Shown: in pieces, positions 26,950 to 36,717 of the stretch | How the letters are laid out: the number at the start of each line of letters is the position of its first letter | Position numbering within the stretch: the first letter of the stretch is position 1 | Assembly: GCA_013287915.1 (NCBI GenBank) | Contig: JABDCX010000001.1 | Span: 8,876-72,875, forward strand | Origin: Chlamydiota bacterium | GTDB lineage: Bacteria; Chlamydiota; Chlamydiia; Chlamydiales; Parachlamydiaceae | Length of the DNA stretch: 64,000 nt | Direction: 5' to 3' | Position numbers and translations under genes: made by a program | Notes under the pieces: generated by a model | Databases searched by the model: none | Seen by the model: the letters and a program-made list of their open reading frames with translations, nothing else | What the model was told of the DNA's origin: nothing

Positions 26950-28884
26950 TCAATGTCCAGGCCGGGCTTTGAAACGCTCTAGGAAGGTACCGGGGATCTC
27001 GAACAGAAAGCGGCTGGGCCGCTGCATGCGATGGACGCCCCATAAGAAGCGCAGGCGGACATCACAGAGGTACAAAAGCTCCTTGGCACGCGTCATGCCG
27101 ACATAACATAGACGACGCTCCTCCTCCAGGGCTCCTTCTTTGTCTCTGGAGTTGACATGTGGAAACAAATCTTCTTCTAGGCCCACTAAAAAGACCATAT
27201 CGAATTCCAAACCCTTACTATTATGAATCGTCATGAGGCTGATTCTATCCTCTTGATCACTGACTTCATCTAGGGAAGATTTTAAGGAAAGTTCCTCTAA
27301 AAAGCCTTGTAAGGTCGGTGTCTCGGTTCCCATTTCCCATTCCCGAGCCTTGTTGACAAGCGCGTTTAAGTTCTCTTTGCGTTCCTGAAACGTATCTTTT
27401 TCGATTTGGAGGTGCCCAAGATAGCCTGTGGACAAAATCGTTTCTTTGACAAGCTCTTGCAGTGAGCATTCTTTTGCAATGACCTTTAAAGTGGAAATGA
27501 TGTTGAGGTACTCCTGTAAACCCTTTTTCTGCGCAGCCGTCAACCGCAACCCTGCAGCCGTTGATGCACCAGAAAGGGCGTCTTCACACATCTGAAGAAT
27601 GGTTGTGCGGGTCTGCTCTGCGGCAGAACGGATTTTTTCGACAGTCGTTTCCCCAATCCCTCTTTTAGGCAAATTAATCGTTCTCAAAAACGCAACGTAA
27701 TCATTCCCTGAATAAACCATTCTCAAAAACGCCAAAATATCTTTGATCTCGCGCCGCTGATAAAAGGAAACGCCGCCCACAATTACGTAGGGGATCCCAA
27801 GCTGAATCATTTTATCTTCCACGGGACGCGACTGCGCATTCGTGCGATAAAAAACAGCAATATCCTTATAGGGCACGTTTTGGTGCAAGCGATGGTAACG
27901 AATCCTTTCGGCAACAAAATACGCCTCATCTTTTTCTGTGTCGGCTGTGTGGCGGATCACCTTTTCCCCTGGCCCACGATCACTCCACAAGGTCTTTTGA
28001 TACCTTTGGTAATTTTCGCCAATCAACCCATTTGCGGCATTGAGAATATTCGTGCGACTTCTGTAATTTTGTTCGAGTTTCACGACTTTGGCGTTCGCAT
28101 ACATCTCGGAGAAAAGCAAAATGTTGTTGATATTCGCACCGCGCCACGAATAGATCGATTGATCGGGATCTCCCACAACGCACAGATTGCGGTGCTTTGC
28201 AACCAGCAGATCGATCAAAACGCTCTGAACCCCATTCGTATCTTGATATTCATCGATGAGGAGAAATTGCCATCGGTTTTGGTAACTCTCGAGCAGATCG
28301 GGATGGGTGCGAAAGATTTTCACAGGCAAATAGAGTAGGTCGTCAAAATCTACGGCATTCGAAAAGAAAAGCTTCTGTTGGTAACGGGTAAATAGATCGA
28401 CCAACTCCTTCTCTTCCGCATCTGTCGGCATGTTCTGAAGTGCTTCGAGATCGGTCAGCGCATTTTTCGCTTTTGAGATAAAGCTTAAAACCTCTTTTGG
28501 TTCCGACTGCGATTGCGTTTCATTGAGGCAGAGTTTCGCAATTTTGTCGACGTCTTGATCGTCGTAAATTACAAAATCGCGAGTGTAGCCCAAAACATGA
28601 ATGATTTCGCGCAAAATGCGGGCGCCCAAGCTATGAAAAGTACACACAAGCACGTTCTGATTGGTTAAAGAAGCAACTCGCTCCTTCATTTCCTGAGCGG
28701 CTTTATTGGTAAACGTGAGTCCAAGAATGGCGTGGGGACTCACACCTTGTTCAATCAATTTGATAATCCGCTGCGTCACGACATGCGTTTTACCAGAGCC
28801 CGCTCCTGCCAAAACGAGCAGCGGACCATACAGAGTATTAACAGCATCTTGCTGTTCAGGATTAAGAGGCTTTGCCATTTTCAA
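26950..28884 (-). CDS. uvrD: ATP-dependent DNA helicase, UvrD/PcrA/Rep family
   Basis: Contains Walker A LVLAGAGSGKTHVVTQRI, LIDEYQDTN, VGDPDQSIYSWRGA, QNYRS, TIHNSKGLEFD and YVGMTRAK, which are SF1 helicase motifs I-VI. Confidence 0.9.
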   Translation of the reverse strand: MKMAKPLNPEQQDAVNTLYGPLLVLAGAGSGKTHVVTQRIIKLIEQGVSPHAILGLTFTNKAAQEMKERVASLTNQNVLVCTFHSLGARILREIIHVLGYTRDFVIYDDQDVDKIAKLCLNETQSQSEPKEVLSFISKAKNALTDLEALQNMPTDAEEKELVDLFTRYQQKLFFSNAVDFDDLLYLPVKIFRTHPDLLESYQNRWQFLLIDEYQDTNGVQSVLIDLLVAKHRNLCVVGDPDQSIYSWRGANINNILLFSEMYANAKVVKLEQNYRSRTNILNAANGLIGENYQRYQKTLWSDRGPGEKVIRHTADTEKDEAYFVAERIRYHRLHQNVPYKDIAVFYRTNAQSRPVEDKMIQLGIPYVIVGGVSFYQRREIKDILAFLRMVYSGNDYVAFLRTINLPKRGIGETTVEKIRSAAEQTRTTILQMCEDALSGASTAAGLRLTAAQKKGLQEYLNIISTLKVIAKECSLQELVKETILSTGYLGHLQIEKDTFQERKENLNALVNKAREWEMGTETPTLQGFLEELSLKSSLDEVSDQEDRISLMTIHNSKGLEFDMVFLVGLEEDLFPHVNSRDKEGALEEERRLCYVGMTRAKELLYLCDVRLRFLWGVHRMQRPSRFLFEIPGTFLERFKARPGH

Positions 28885-28890
28885 CCTTAG

Positions 28891-31800
28891 TTAACCACAA
28901 GAGCATGAACCACAGCTGCCTTTTTGGCAAGTCTGTTGCTCAACTCTCGGTTCCCTCTCTCCTAAATACCCGTACCGGTGATAATCGCTGCTGATGCTGA
29001 CTTCCCGTAGGAAGTGGAGCAACTCTATGCGTCCATTTGCCATGACTGGCGCTGTGATCGCATTGACGCACGCCTCTGCACAAGCGCTGTATAATTCTAC
29101 TGTTCCTCGCTTCAATAAACGCAGCCGATCCACGCCCCCATTCAGAATGCGAGCGTTCAACTCCTCATCCGATTCGATACAAATCTGGACAGAAGAGAGA
29201 TTCTTGAGAAGTTCTGGCAAATTGGCTTGCTTCCACGCATCAGAATGGCTAATGACCAGGCGCGTGCCACACGTCAATGCGGCAGCTGCAACCCGCATCG
29301 CATCGATCCAAAGATCGCTCTCTTGAACGCGGAGAGTGATTGTCTTACGAGGCAGATAGCGGATAAAATTATCTTGGCCGAGCACATGGCTCACATCGCG
29401 GTCTTGAGAAAAATATTGATTCCAAAAAAAGGCGTAACTCCCGATGCTCGCCATCCACAAGTTCCTTTCATCTGCTTCCATTTCAACTAGGTCTTGCAAA
29501 CGGTGTGAAAGGTGTAAAACCTGTTCATTCACAGGGTCCCTTTCTTCGGGCAAATTCTTTTGCTCTATCCGCATCAGCTGCAGCAAATAATTGGGACCGC
29601 CAGCCTTTGCACCAGGTCCAAAACTACTGGCTTTGCACCCTCCAAAGGGTTGGCGTTGCACGATCGCGCCCGTCATGCCGCGGTTGATATAACAATTTCC
29701 AGCCTCTATCTTGTCAAGCCAGCGCGCATGCTCGCGGTGGTCTAGCGAATGCAAACCCGCTGTCAGCCCATAGACAGTGTGATTGGCGATGGCGATGGCA
29801 TCGTCGAGATTCTTTGCACAGATAAGCCCTAAAACAGGTCCAAAGAGCTCTGTTTGCTGCGTAAAGCTGCCCAGGCGAACCCCTTTCTTGATCCCTGGAG
29901 ACCAAAGTTTAGGGTTATGGGGATCTTGTTTGGGCTTCAAAACCCACTCTTCGCCAATGTCAAGGGTTGTCAAACCGCGCAACAATGCCCCTTCAGCTGG
30001 CCGTATCAACGGATTGACTTTCGTCGACAATGACCAAGCAGAGCCCACAGTCAAGCTAGAAGCGGCATCGTGAAGTTGCCTTAAAAAATGGGGATCGTCG
30101 TACACTTCCTGTTCCAAAATTGCCAAACTGCAAGCGCTGCATTTCTGCCCCGCGTGCCCAAACGCCGACTGGAGCAAATCTCTAATCGCCAAATCGCGAT
30201 CGGCGGCGGCAGTGATGATCATGCTATTTTTTCCACCTGTCTCAGCCACTAAATCAAGTCCAGGGGTGCTCTTTAAAAAATGGAGAGCTGTACTTGTTGC
30301 GCCTGTTAAGACGACAACAGAAACTCTGGGGTCGGAGATCAGTGCTGTTCCCTCCGGCTCATCGTGGCAATTGATAAACTGCACGCACTCTTTGGGAAAT
30401 CCTGCCTCGCAAAAGATCTTTGCGAGCGTCCACCCGACAAAAATAGCTTCTGGGGCCGGCTTAAACAGGACAACATTTCCAGTGGTCAGAGCAGCAATGA
30501 TCCCGCCAGCAGGAATCGAGCAAGGAAAATTCCAGGGCGGCGTCACCAACACAATTCCCTTGGGTGAAAAGGAGACATCTTGCATGTACTGCACTTCGAC
30601 GATCATCCGGCGGTAGTAGTGGGCAAAGTCGACTGCTTCAGATACCTCCACATCGGCTTCAGGCACTGTTTTTCCCGTTTCTGCTACCATCGCTCCGATG
30701 AGTTCACCTCGGTGGCATTGTAGCTGATAGGCAAGCTCATCCAACAGCCGGCACCGCTCTTGCAACGACTTTTTCTCCCAAACAAGTTTTTGCTTCTCCG
30801 ATGCCTCAAGAGCAGATTCAATTTCCGCTCCTGTTGCACACGCAATGGCGATCGGTTCTTGCTTAGCTTGGTCATTTATGATCCGCTCGGCCCAGATCCG
30901 TTGTTGAGGGAGAGACCAATCGCTATCGGGCGCGTTTGTAAATGGAGTGTCGTATTCATGTCTGTGAGGCGTTTGCAACCGATTCTGCTGGCGGCGGGGA
31001 ACATAAGAAACGGAATCGATTTTCTCACACGCTTGAGTAAAAAGAGCCACCTGTTCTTTCCAAGAAGGGGAGCCTTCTTTGAGATCAAAGAGATGCCTTA
31101 GAAAGTTCTCCGAAGCCGTGTTTTCATCTAAACGCCTCGTCAAATATGCTACAGCGTGTTGAAACTCTTCTCGTTTTGCAACAGGGCAATAGAGAACCAT
31201 CCCGCCTGTGAGAGAGTGAACGACTCTCTTTTGCGCCTCTGCCATCCCCTCAAGCATCTCAAACCCGACCCAACGGCCCACTTCGTTTTCTTCCCTCAAT
31301 AACATCCCATACGCAATGTCGAATAGATTGTGACTTGCAATCCCTAGATGCACCGCAGAGGCGTTCTGAGGTTGACACCCGTACTGCATCATCCGCTTGT
31401 AATTGGCATCGACATCGACTTTATCGGGATAGGGGGCCTGCTCCCAATCCTTCAAAGAAGCTTCCACCTTCTCCATGGCTAAATTCGCCCCTTTGACCAG
31501 CCGGATCTTGATTGGCGCACCCCCATTCATGACGCGCTGGATTGCCCAAACGGTCAGCTCTTGTTGAAATAGAAAAGCATCGGGCAGATAGCTCTGCAAG
31601 ACAATCCCTGCAGAATAATCGTAAAACTCTGGATCGTCTAAAACAGTGCGAAACAGCGTCGTGGTCATCCGCAAATCGCGATACTCCTCCATATCGAGAT
31701 TGACGAACTTTGAGACTTTTTTCCCTTTCTCATCCGTACAGGAATGCCTCTTGGCAGTGCGATAGAGCCACTTTAGCCTCTCTGCCAACACCTTCAGAGA

Positions 31801-32439
31801 TTGATCCCACCCCAATAGATTGATTTGACTGTACAAAGTAGAAATTTTCACAGAGATATAATCGATGTCGGGGTGTGCTAAATCATCTAAATAACGCTGC
31901 AGCCTTTGTTTTGCTTCCCCTTCACCTAAAATCGCTTCCCCTAGATGGTTGAGATTGACCCGCACCCCTTCCCGATGCCGCTTGGCAATGTGCTGTTCTA
32001 ACGCCTTTTGCTCGCCTGGCAAAATGACTGTTGCCGTTTCCTTTCGAATGAGGCGGCGCACGAGGGGAACAAAAAATTGTGTCACCATAGGACCAAAAAG
32101 GGAAAAGAGGGAGAGTTGCAGCTTTTTAAAAGGGGAGAAAAAGCGAGGAACGCCTAGAGTGTGGATCAGATCGCGCATCTGATCTGCGACTCTTTTTTGG
32201 TTGGAGCTGCGAAAACACTGATCGGTTAACCGAGTTGCAAATACTTTGCCGATCGGGTCGGCAACCATCCGCGCCAACTCTTTTTGTTTCTTCCTTTCTC
32301 TGGACGTTTGAATTCGCTTCGATTCTTCCAGCATCAATCCCGCGAGCTGAATCGCCTTTCTTGCTCTCTCTGCAGGGATTAAAGAGCGCCCACGCACCTC
32401 CTTCAAGAGGTTTTCGGCCTGTATCATTTCTTTTGACAT
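28891..32439 (-). CDS. putA: Bifunctional proline dehydrogenase / L-glutamate-gamma-semialdehyde (P5C) dehydrogenase PutA
   Basis: The 1182-aa protein has an N-terminal PRODH barrel region (VNLNHLGEAILG, LVKGANL). Its aldehyde dehydrogenase half carries the catalytic FGHAGQKCSACS and QRQPFGGCKASSFGPGAKAGGPNYL. It has no obvious N-terminal RHH DNA-binding domain and an unusual Cys-rich C-terminal tail. Confidence 0.85.
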   Translation of the reverse strand: MSKEMIQAENLLKEVRGRSLIPAERARKAIQLAGLMLEESKRIQTSRERKKQKELARMVADPIGKVFATRLTDQCFRSSNQKRVADQMRDLIHTLGVPRFFSPFKKLQLSLFSLFGPMVTQFFVPLVRRLIRKETATVILPGEQKALEQHIAKRHREGVRVNLNHLGEAILGEGEAKQRLQRYLDDLAHPDIDYISVKISTLYSQINLLGWDQSLKVLAERLKWLYRTAKRHSCTDEKGKKVSKFVNLDMEEYRDLRMTTTLFRTVLDDPEFYDYSAGIVLQSYLPDAFLFQQELTVWAIQRVMNGGAPIKIRLVKGANLAMEKVEASLKDWEQAPYPDKVDVDANYKRMMQYGCQPQNASAVHLGIASHNLFDIAYGMLLREENEVGRWVGFEMLEGMAEAQKRVVHSLTGGMVLYCPVAKREEFQHAVAYLTRRLDENTASENFLRHLFDLKEGSPSWKEQVALFTQACEKIDSVSYVPRRQQNRLQTPHRHEYDTPFTNAPDSDWSLPQQRIWAERIINDQAKQEPIAIACATGAEIESALEASEKQKLVWEKKSLQERCRLLDELAYQLQCHRGELIGAMVAETGKTVPEADVEVSEAVDFAHYYRRMIVEVQYMQDVSFSPKGIVLVTPPWNFPCSIPAGGIIAALTTGNVVLFKPAPEAIFVGWTLAKIFCEAGFPKECVQFINCHDEPEGTALISDPRVSVVVLTGATSTALHFLKSTPGLDLVAETGGKNSMIITAAADRDLAIRDLLQSAFGHAGQKCSACSLAILEQEVYDDPHFLRQLHDAASSLTVGSAWSLSTKVNPLIRPAEGALLRGLTTLDIGEEWVLKPKQDPHNPKLWSPGIKKGVRLGSFTQQTELFGPVLGLICAKNLDDAIAIANHTVYGLTAGLHSLDHREHARWLDKIEAGNCYINRGMTGAIVQRQPFGGCKASSFGPGAKAGGPNYLLQLMRIEQKNLPEERDPVNEQVLHLSHRLQDLVEMEADERNLWMASIGSYAFFWNQYFSQDRDVSHVLGQDNFIRYLPRKTITLRVQESDLWIDAMRVAAAALTCGTRLVISHSDAWKQANLPELLKNLSSVQICIESDEELNARILNGGVDRLRLLKRGTVELYSACAEACVNAITAPVMANGRIELLHFLREVSISSDYHRYGYLGEREPRVEQQTCQKGSCGSCSCG

Positions 32440-32542
32440 CGCTTCCCCATCGTTTGCAAAAGTTAATTATATCACGCAAAAGGAGAATGGCAAACAATTT
32501 GGCTCTGTCGTACAATCCACTCACAATAAATTGGAATGATTC

Positions 32543-33736
32543 ATGCCGGCACATCTCTTGACTTTTCTCACTCTTCTCTTGGGATTTTGCCACTGCACGT
32601 TTGCAAGCGATCACGCATACAAACTCGTCGGCTACTACGTGAGTTGGGATGCGCGGCGAAAACCTCCCTTCTTCCCTCAAGAGATCGATGGCAATCTGAT
32701 CACCCATCTCAACTACGCCTTTGCCAAAGTCGATGCTACAGGAGCCATTTCTCTCCTTGCGCCGCAACAAGACATCGGCTTTGCGGAAACGGATTGGAAA
32801 ACTTTGAAAAGCTATGGCGGAAATTTGCAAGCCATTTACCAACTCAAAAAAAAGTACCCTCACCTCAAAACACTGATCTCCTTTGGCGGCTGGACGTTAT
32901 CTGAACCATTTTCTTCACTGGCAGATTCTCCAAAAGCGCGCAAACGCTTCACCGAAGAACTCGTGGCGTTTTGCAAAAAATTTCATTTCGATGGGGTAGA
33001 CATCGATTGGGAATACCCGTGTTTTGCAGGCCACGGAGGACGGCCTCAAGATAAACAAAACTTCACTCTGCTCCTTTCCGATATCTATACAGCCGCAAAA
33101 AAGCAAAAACCGCCCCTCCTAGTGTCGATAGCAAGCCCTGCCACCGTCTCGCGCTACCAAGAAATTGAGCTCGACAACATTCACAAATACGTCGATTGGA
33201 TCAACTTGATGTCGTACAACTTTCATGGCCCATCCAAGGGTAGCGGTGATGAGGTCACCAACCACCACGCTCCGCTCTTTCCGACAAAAATTGGAAATCC
33301 TCTGCACAACACCGATACCTCGGTGCAGCACTACCTTTCTAAAGGGGTCCCCGGCAAAAAGATCGTGATCGGACTTCCGTTGTATGGCCGCACTTACTCC
33401 TTAACAAAAGCAACAAGCGACGGTTTGCACATTGAATACAAAGGAGCTGGGAAAGGGACATCGATAAAAGGGGTGCGTTCTTTGGCTGACATCAAACGCA
33501 ATTTTTTAGGTAAATACACCCGCTATTGGGATCACCAAGCTCAGGTTCCCTATCTCTATTGCCCTCAAAACAAAGAATTTATCACCTACGACGATGAACA
33601 GTCGCTGGCAGCAAAATGCCAGTACGTCAAAAAAAACCACCTCGGGGGAGTCATGGTGTGGCAACTCGGCTGGGATATGCGGCCCGACTGGTCGGCGCTC
33701 CGCGTCATTGATTCCGCTTTGCATGAGCAAAATTAG
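32543..33736 (+). CDS. Secreted glycoside hydrolase family 18 (chitinase-like)
   Basis: Signal peptide MPAHLLTFLTLLLGFCHCTFA, the catalytic motif FDGVDIDWEYP (DxxDxDxE), SFGGW, MSYNFHG and GGVMVWQLGWD. Confidence 0.85.
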   Translation: MPAHLLTFLTLLLGFCHCTFASDHAYKLVGYYVSWDARRKPPFFPQEIDGNLITHLNYAFAKVDATGAISLLAPQQDIGFAETDWKTLKSYGGNLQAIYQLKKKYPHLKTLISFGGWTLSEPFSSLADSPKARKRFTEELVAFCKKFHFDGVDIDWEYPCFAGHGGRPQDKQNFTLLLSDIYTAAKKQKPPLLVSIASPATVSRYQEIELDNIHKYVDWINLMSYNFHGPSKGSGDEVTNHHAPLFPTKIGNPLHNTDTSVQHYLSKGVPGKKIVIGLPLYGRTYSLTKATSDGLHIEYKGAGKGTSIKGVRSLADIKRNFLGKYTRYWDHQAQVPYLYCPQNKEFITYDDEQSLAAKCQYVKKNHLGGVMVWQLGWDMRPDWSALRVIDSALHEQN

Positions 33737-33759
33737 CACTTGATCTAAAGATTTGCTAG
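33733..33759. promoter_or_regulatory. CIRCE-like dyad (possible HrcA operator) upstream of groES
   Basis: TTAGCACTT-N9-ATTTGCTAG compared with consensus TTAGCACTC-N9-GAGTGCTAA: 8/9 on the left and 5/9 on the right. It overlaps the chitinase stop codon and lies upstream of the putative -35 rather than downstream as in the classical arrangement. Confidence 0.35.
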
Positions 33760-33776
33760 ATTTTACCGTCTTCCTC

Positions 33777-33806
33777 TTGACAAAATCACCGGGTTTCCTC
33801 TAAACT
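33777..33806 (+). promoter_or_regulatory. Putative sigma-70/66-type promoter of groESL
   Basis: TTGACA (33777-33782), an 18-nt spacer, then TAAACT (33801-33806). An AAGGAG Shine-Dalgarno precedes the groES ATG. Confidence 0.4.
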
Positions 33807-33844
33807 CACGAATCACTCAATCTTAAATCTAAGGAGTTCTTACA

Positions 33845-34132
33845 ATGAAAAACATAAAACCTCTCGGCAATCGCGTCTTGATTCAGCGATCCAAAGCAGC
33901 GACGACAAAAGGGGGAATCCTCCTACCCGATACAGCACAAGAAAAACCCAAAGAAGGGGTCATCATCGCTGTCGGACCTGGTAAAATTGACGAACAGGGA
34001 AATAAAGAAACGATGCAACTTAAAGTGGGCGACCGCGTGTTATTCAGCACCTACTCCGGCACAGAAGTGAAAGGGGGAGATGAAGAGCTCCTCATTATGG
34101 CTGAAGATGATGTGTTAGGCGTTCTTTCTTAA
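33845..34132 (+). CDS. groES: Co-chaperonin GroES
   Basis: The 95-aa protein reads IKPLGNRVLIQR...GGILLPDTAQEKP..G.IIAVGPG... and sits immediately upstream of groEL. Confidence 0.97.
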   Translation: MKNIKPLGNRVLIQRSKAATTKGGILLPDTAQEKPKEGVIIAVGPGKIDEQGNKETMQLKVGDRVLFSTYSGTEVKGGDEELLIMAEDDVLGVLS

Positions 34133-35842
<1,710 letters not shown>

Positions 35843-35857
35843 CGCAAAGAGGGCAAT

Positions 35858-35958
35858 GAGGCCCGAAGGGCCGGAATCTCATAGCCCAGGTCGGAGCGAA
35901 GCGGAGGCCTGGGTTTAGGATTACAACAAAATTGAGGCCCGAAGGGTCGGCATATCAC
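35858..35958. repeat. REP-family half-element (inverted orientation), left flank of the transposase remnant
   Basis: GAGGCCCGAAGGGCCGG..CATAGCCCAGGTCGGAGCGAAGCGGAGGCCTGGGT ... TGAGGCCCGAAGGGTCGGCATATCAC has the same modules as the 26475 and 56114 elements. Confidence 0.85.
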
Positions 35959-36060
35959 TCTGTAAAAAAACATCATGAAACCGTAAGCTTCAAAGAAGAA
36001 TTTTTGAAGATGTTGCAGATGGAAGGAATGTCATATGATGAAAAATATTTGTGGGAATAA
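35959..36060 (+). pseudogene. C-terminal remnant (33 codons + stop) of an IS200-like Y1 (RAYT-type) tyrosine transposase
   Basis: The frame reads SVKKHHETVSFKEEFLKMLQMEGMSYDEKYLWE*. This parallels the conserved C-terminus (...NQEEHHKKKSFxEEYxxLLKxxxIxYDERYIF...) of the IS200-like/REP-associated transposase group as I remember it. There is no start codon or catalytic HUH/Tyr region, and it is flanked by inverted REP modules. Confidence 0.55.
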
Positions 36061-36062
36061 AA

Positions 36063-36169
36063 TGATATGCCGACCCTTCGGGCCTCAACCTTAAGGTTTT
36101 CTGAACCCAGGCCTCCGCTCGCTGATGCTCGCTCCGACCTGGGCTATGCCAGGCCGACCCTTCGGGCCT
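36063..36169. repeat. REP-family half-element (direct orientation), right flank of the transposase remnant
   Basis: TGATATGCCGACCCTTCGGGCCTCA...AACCCAGGCCTCCGCTCGCTGATGCTCGCTCCGACCTGGGCTATGCCAGGCCGACCCTTCGGGCCT is an inverted counterpart of 35858-35958. Confidence 0.85.
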
Positions 36170-36230
36170 AACAACCGATCAATTTGTTCTGGAACTGATT
36201 TTTTCGGGCACGGGCTCGTTCACAAAGAGT

Positions 36231-36701
36231 TTAACCTCTGGATTTGTGGTTCCAGAGATCGAGGTAGCCGCAGAGCTGTTCGATCCGCTGCTTTTCATCC
36301 ATGTTTTCGGGAAGATCGCGCGGGATCTCTTTGAGCACCTTTTTCTTCACGGCCGCCGAGATCGCGGCATTCAAATCGCCAAGAAAATGAGAAGGTGCCA
36401 CAAAAGCAAGCGCATCGTAGGCATTTTTCTCTAACCCTTCTTGTAACATTGTCGCCAGCTGCTTTGTAAAAACTGTCTGATCGTGCTGGTGCACATCAAT
36501 TGATTTGCCAAGCGCATGGCGCCCACCACCTAAGCTGTCAAATGAGCGCCCTGGCTTGTCGGTAAAAATCTCCGACCCTTTCTTTCGGCCATACGGATGT
36601 TCAATATGCAAAATCTCCTGGAACTCGCGGCCAAGACCGGTCACTTGGTACACCTTTGCAAAGCTCTTATTTGCGGTCAAAATCCACAATTTCGTCGTCA
36701 T
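36231..36701 (-). CDS. Host_attach-family protein (protein required for attachment to host cells-like)
   Basis: MTTKLWILTANKSFAKVYQV...DKPGRSFDSLGGGRHA...HDQTVFTKQLATMLQEG...YDALAFVAPSHFLGDL...KEIPRDL follows the Host_attach (PF10116) pattern as I recall it. The ATG at 36701 is preceded by GGAAAGAG. The ORF track extends to 36743. Confidence 0.6.
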   Translation of the reverse strand: MTTKLWILTANKSFAKVYQVTGLGREFQEILHIEHPYGRKKGSEIFTDKPGRSFDSLGGGRHALGKSIDVHQHDQTVFTKQLATMLQEGLEKNAYDALAFVAPSHFLGDLNAAISAAVKKKVLKEIPRDLPENMDEKQRIEQLCGYLDLWNHKSRG

Positions 36702-36717
36702 GATCTCTTTCCTTTTT

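Noticed and set aside
26511-27043. ORFs 26511-26744 (+) and 26756-27043 (-), and likewise 35599-35976 (-) and 36125-36334 (+), encoding PRPPLRSDLGY(A/E)-type peptides
   Set aside because: The shared peptide is simply the translation of the REP/MITE inner module in either orientation. The ORFs start and stop inside palindromic repeats and run into neighbouring genes.
32126-32863. 245-aa minus-strand ORF spanning the putA start, the intergenic region and the chitinase 5' end
   Set aside because: It overlaps two well-supported genes on both sides. The composition is Arg/Ser-rich and it has no motifs. It is most likely a chance open frame.
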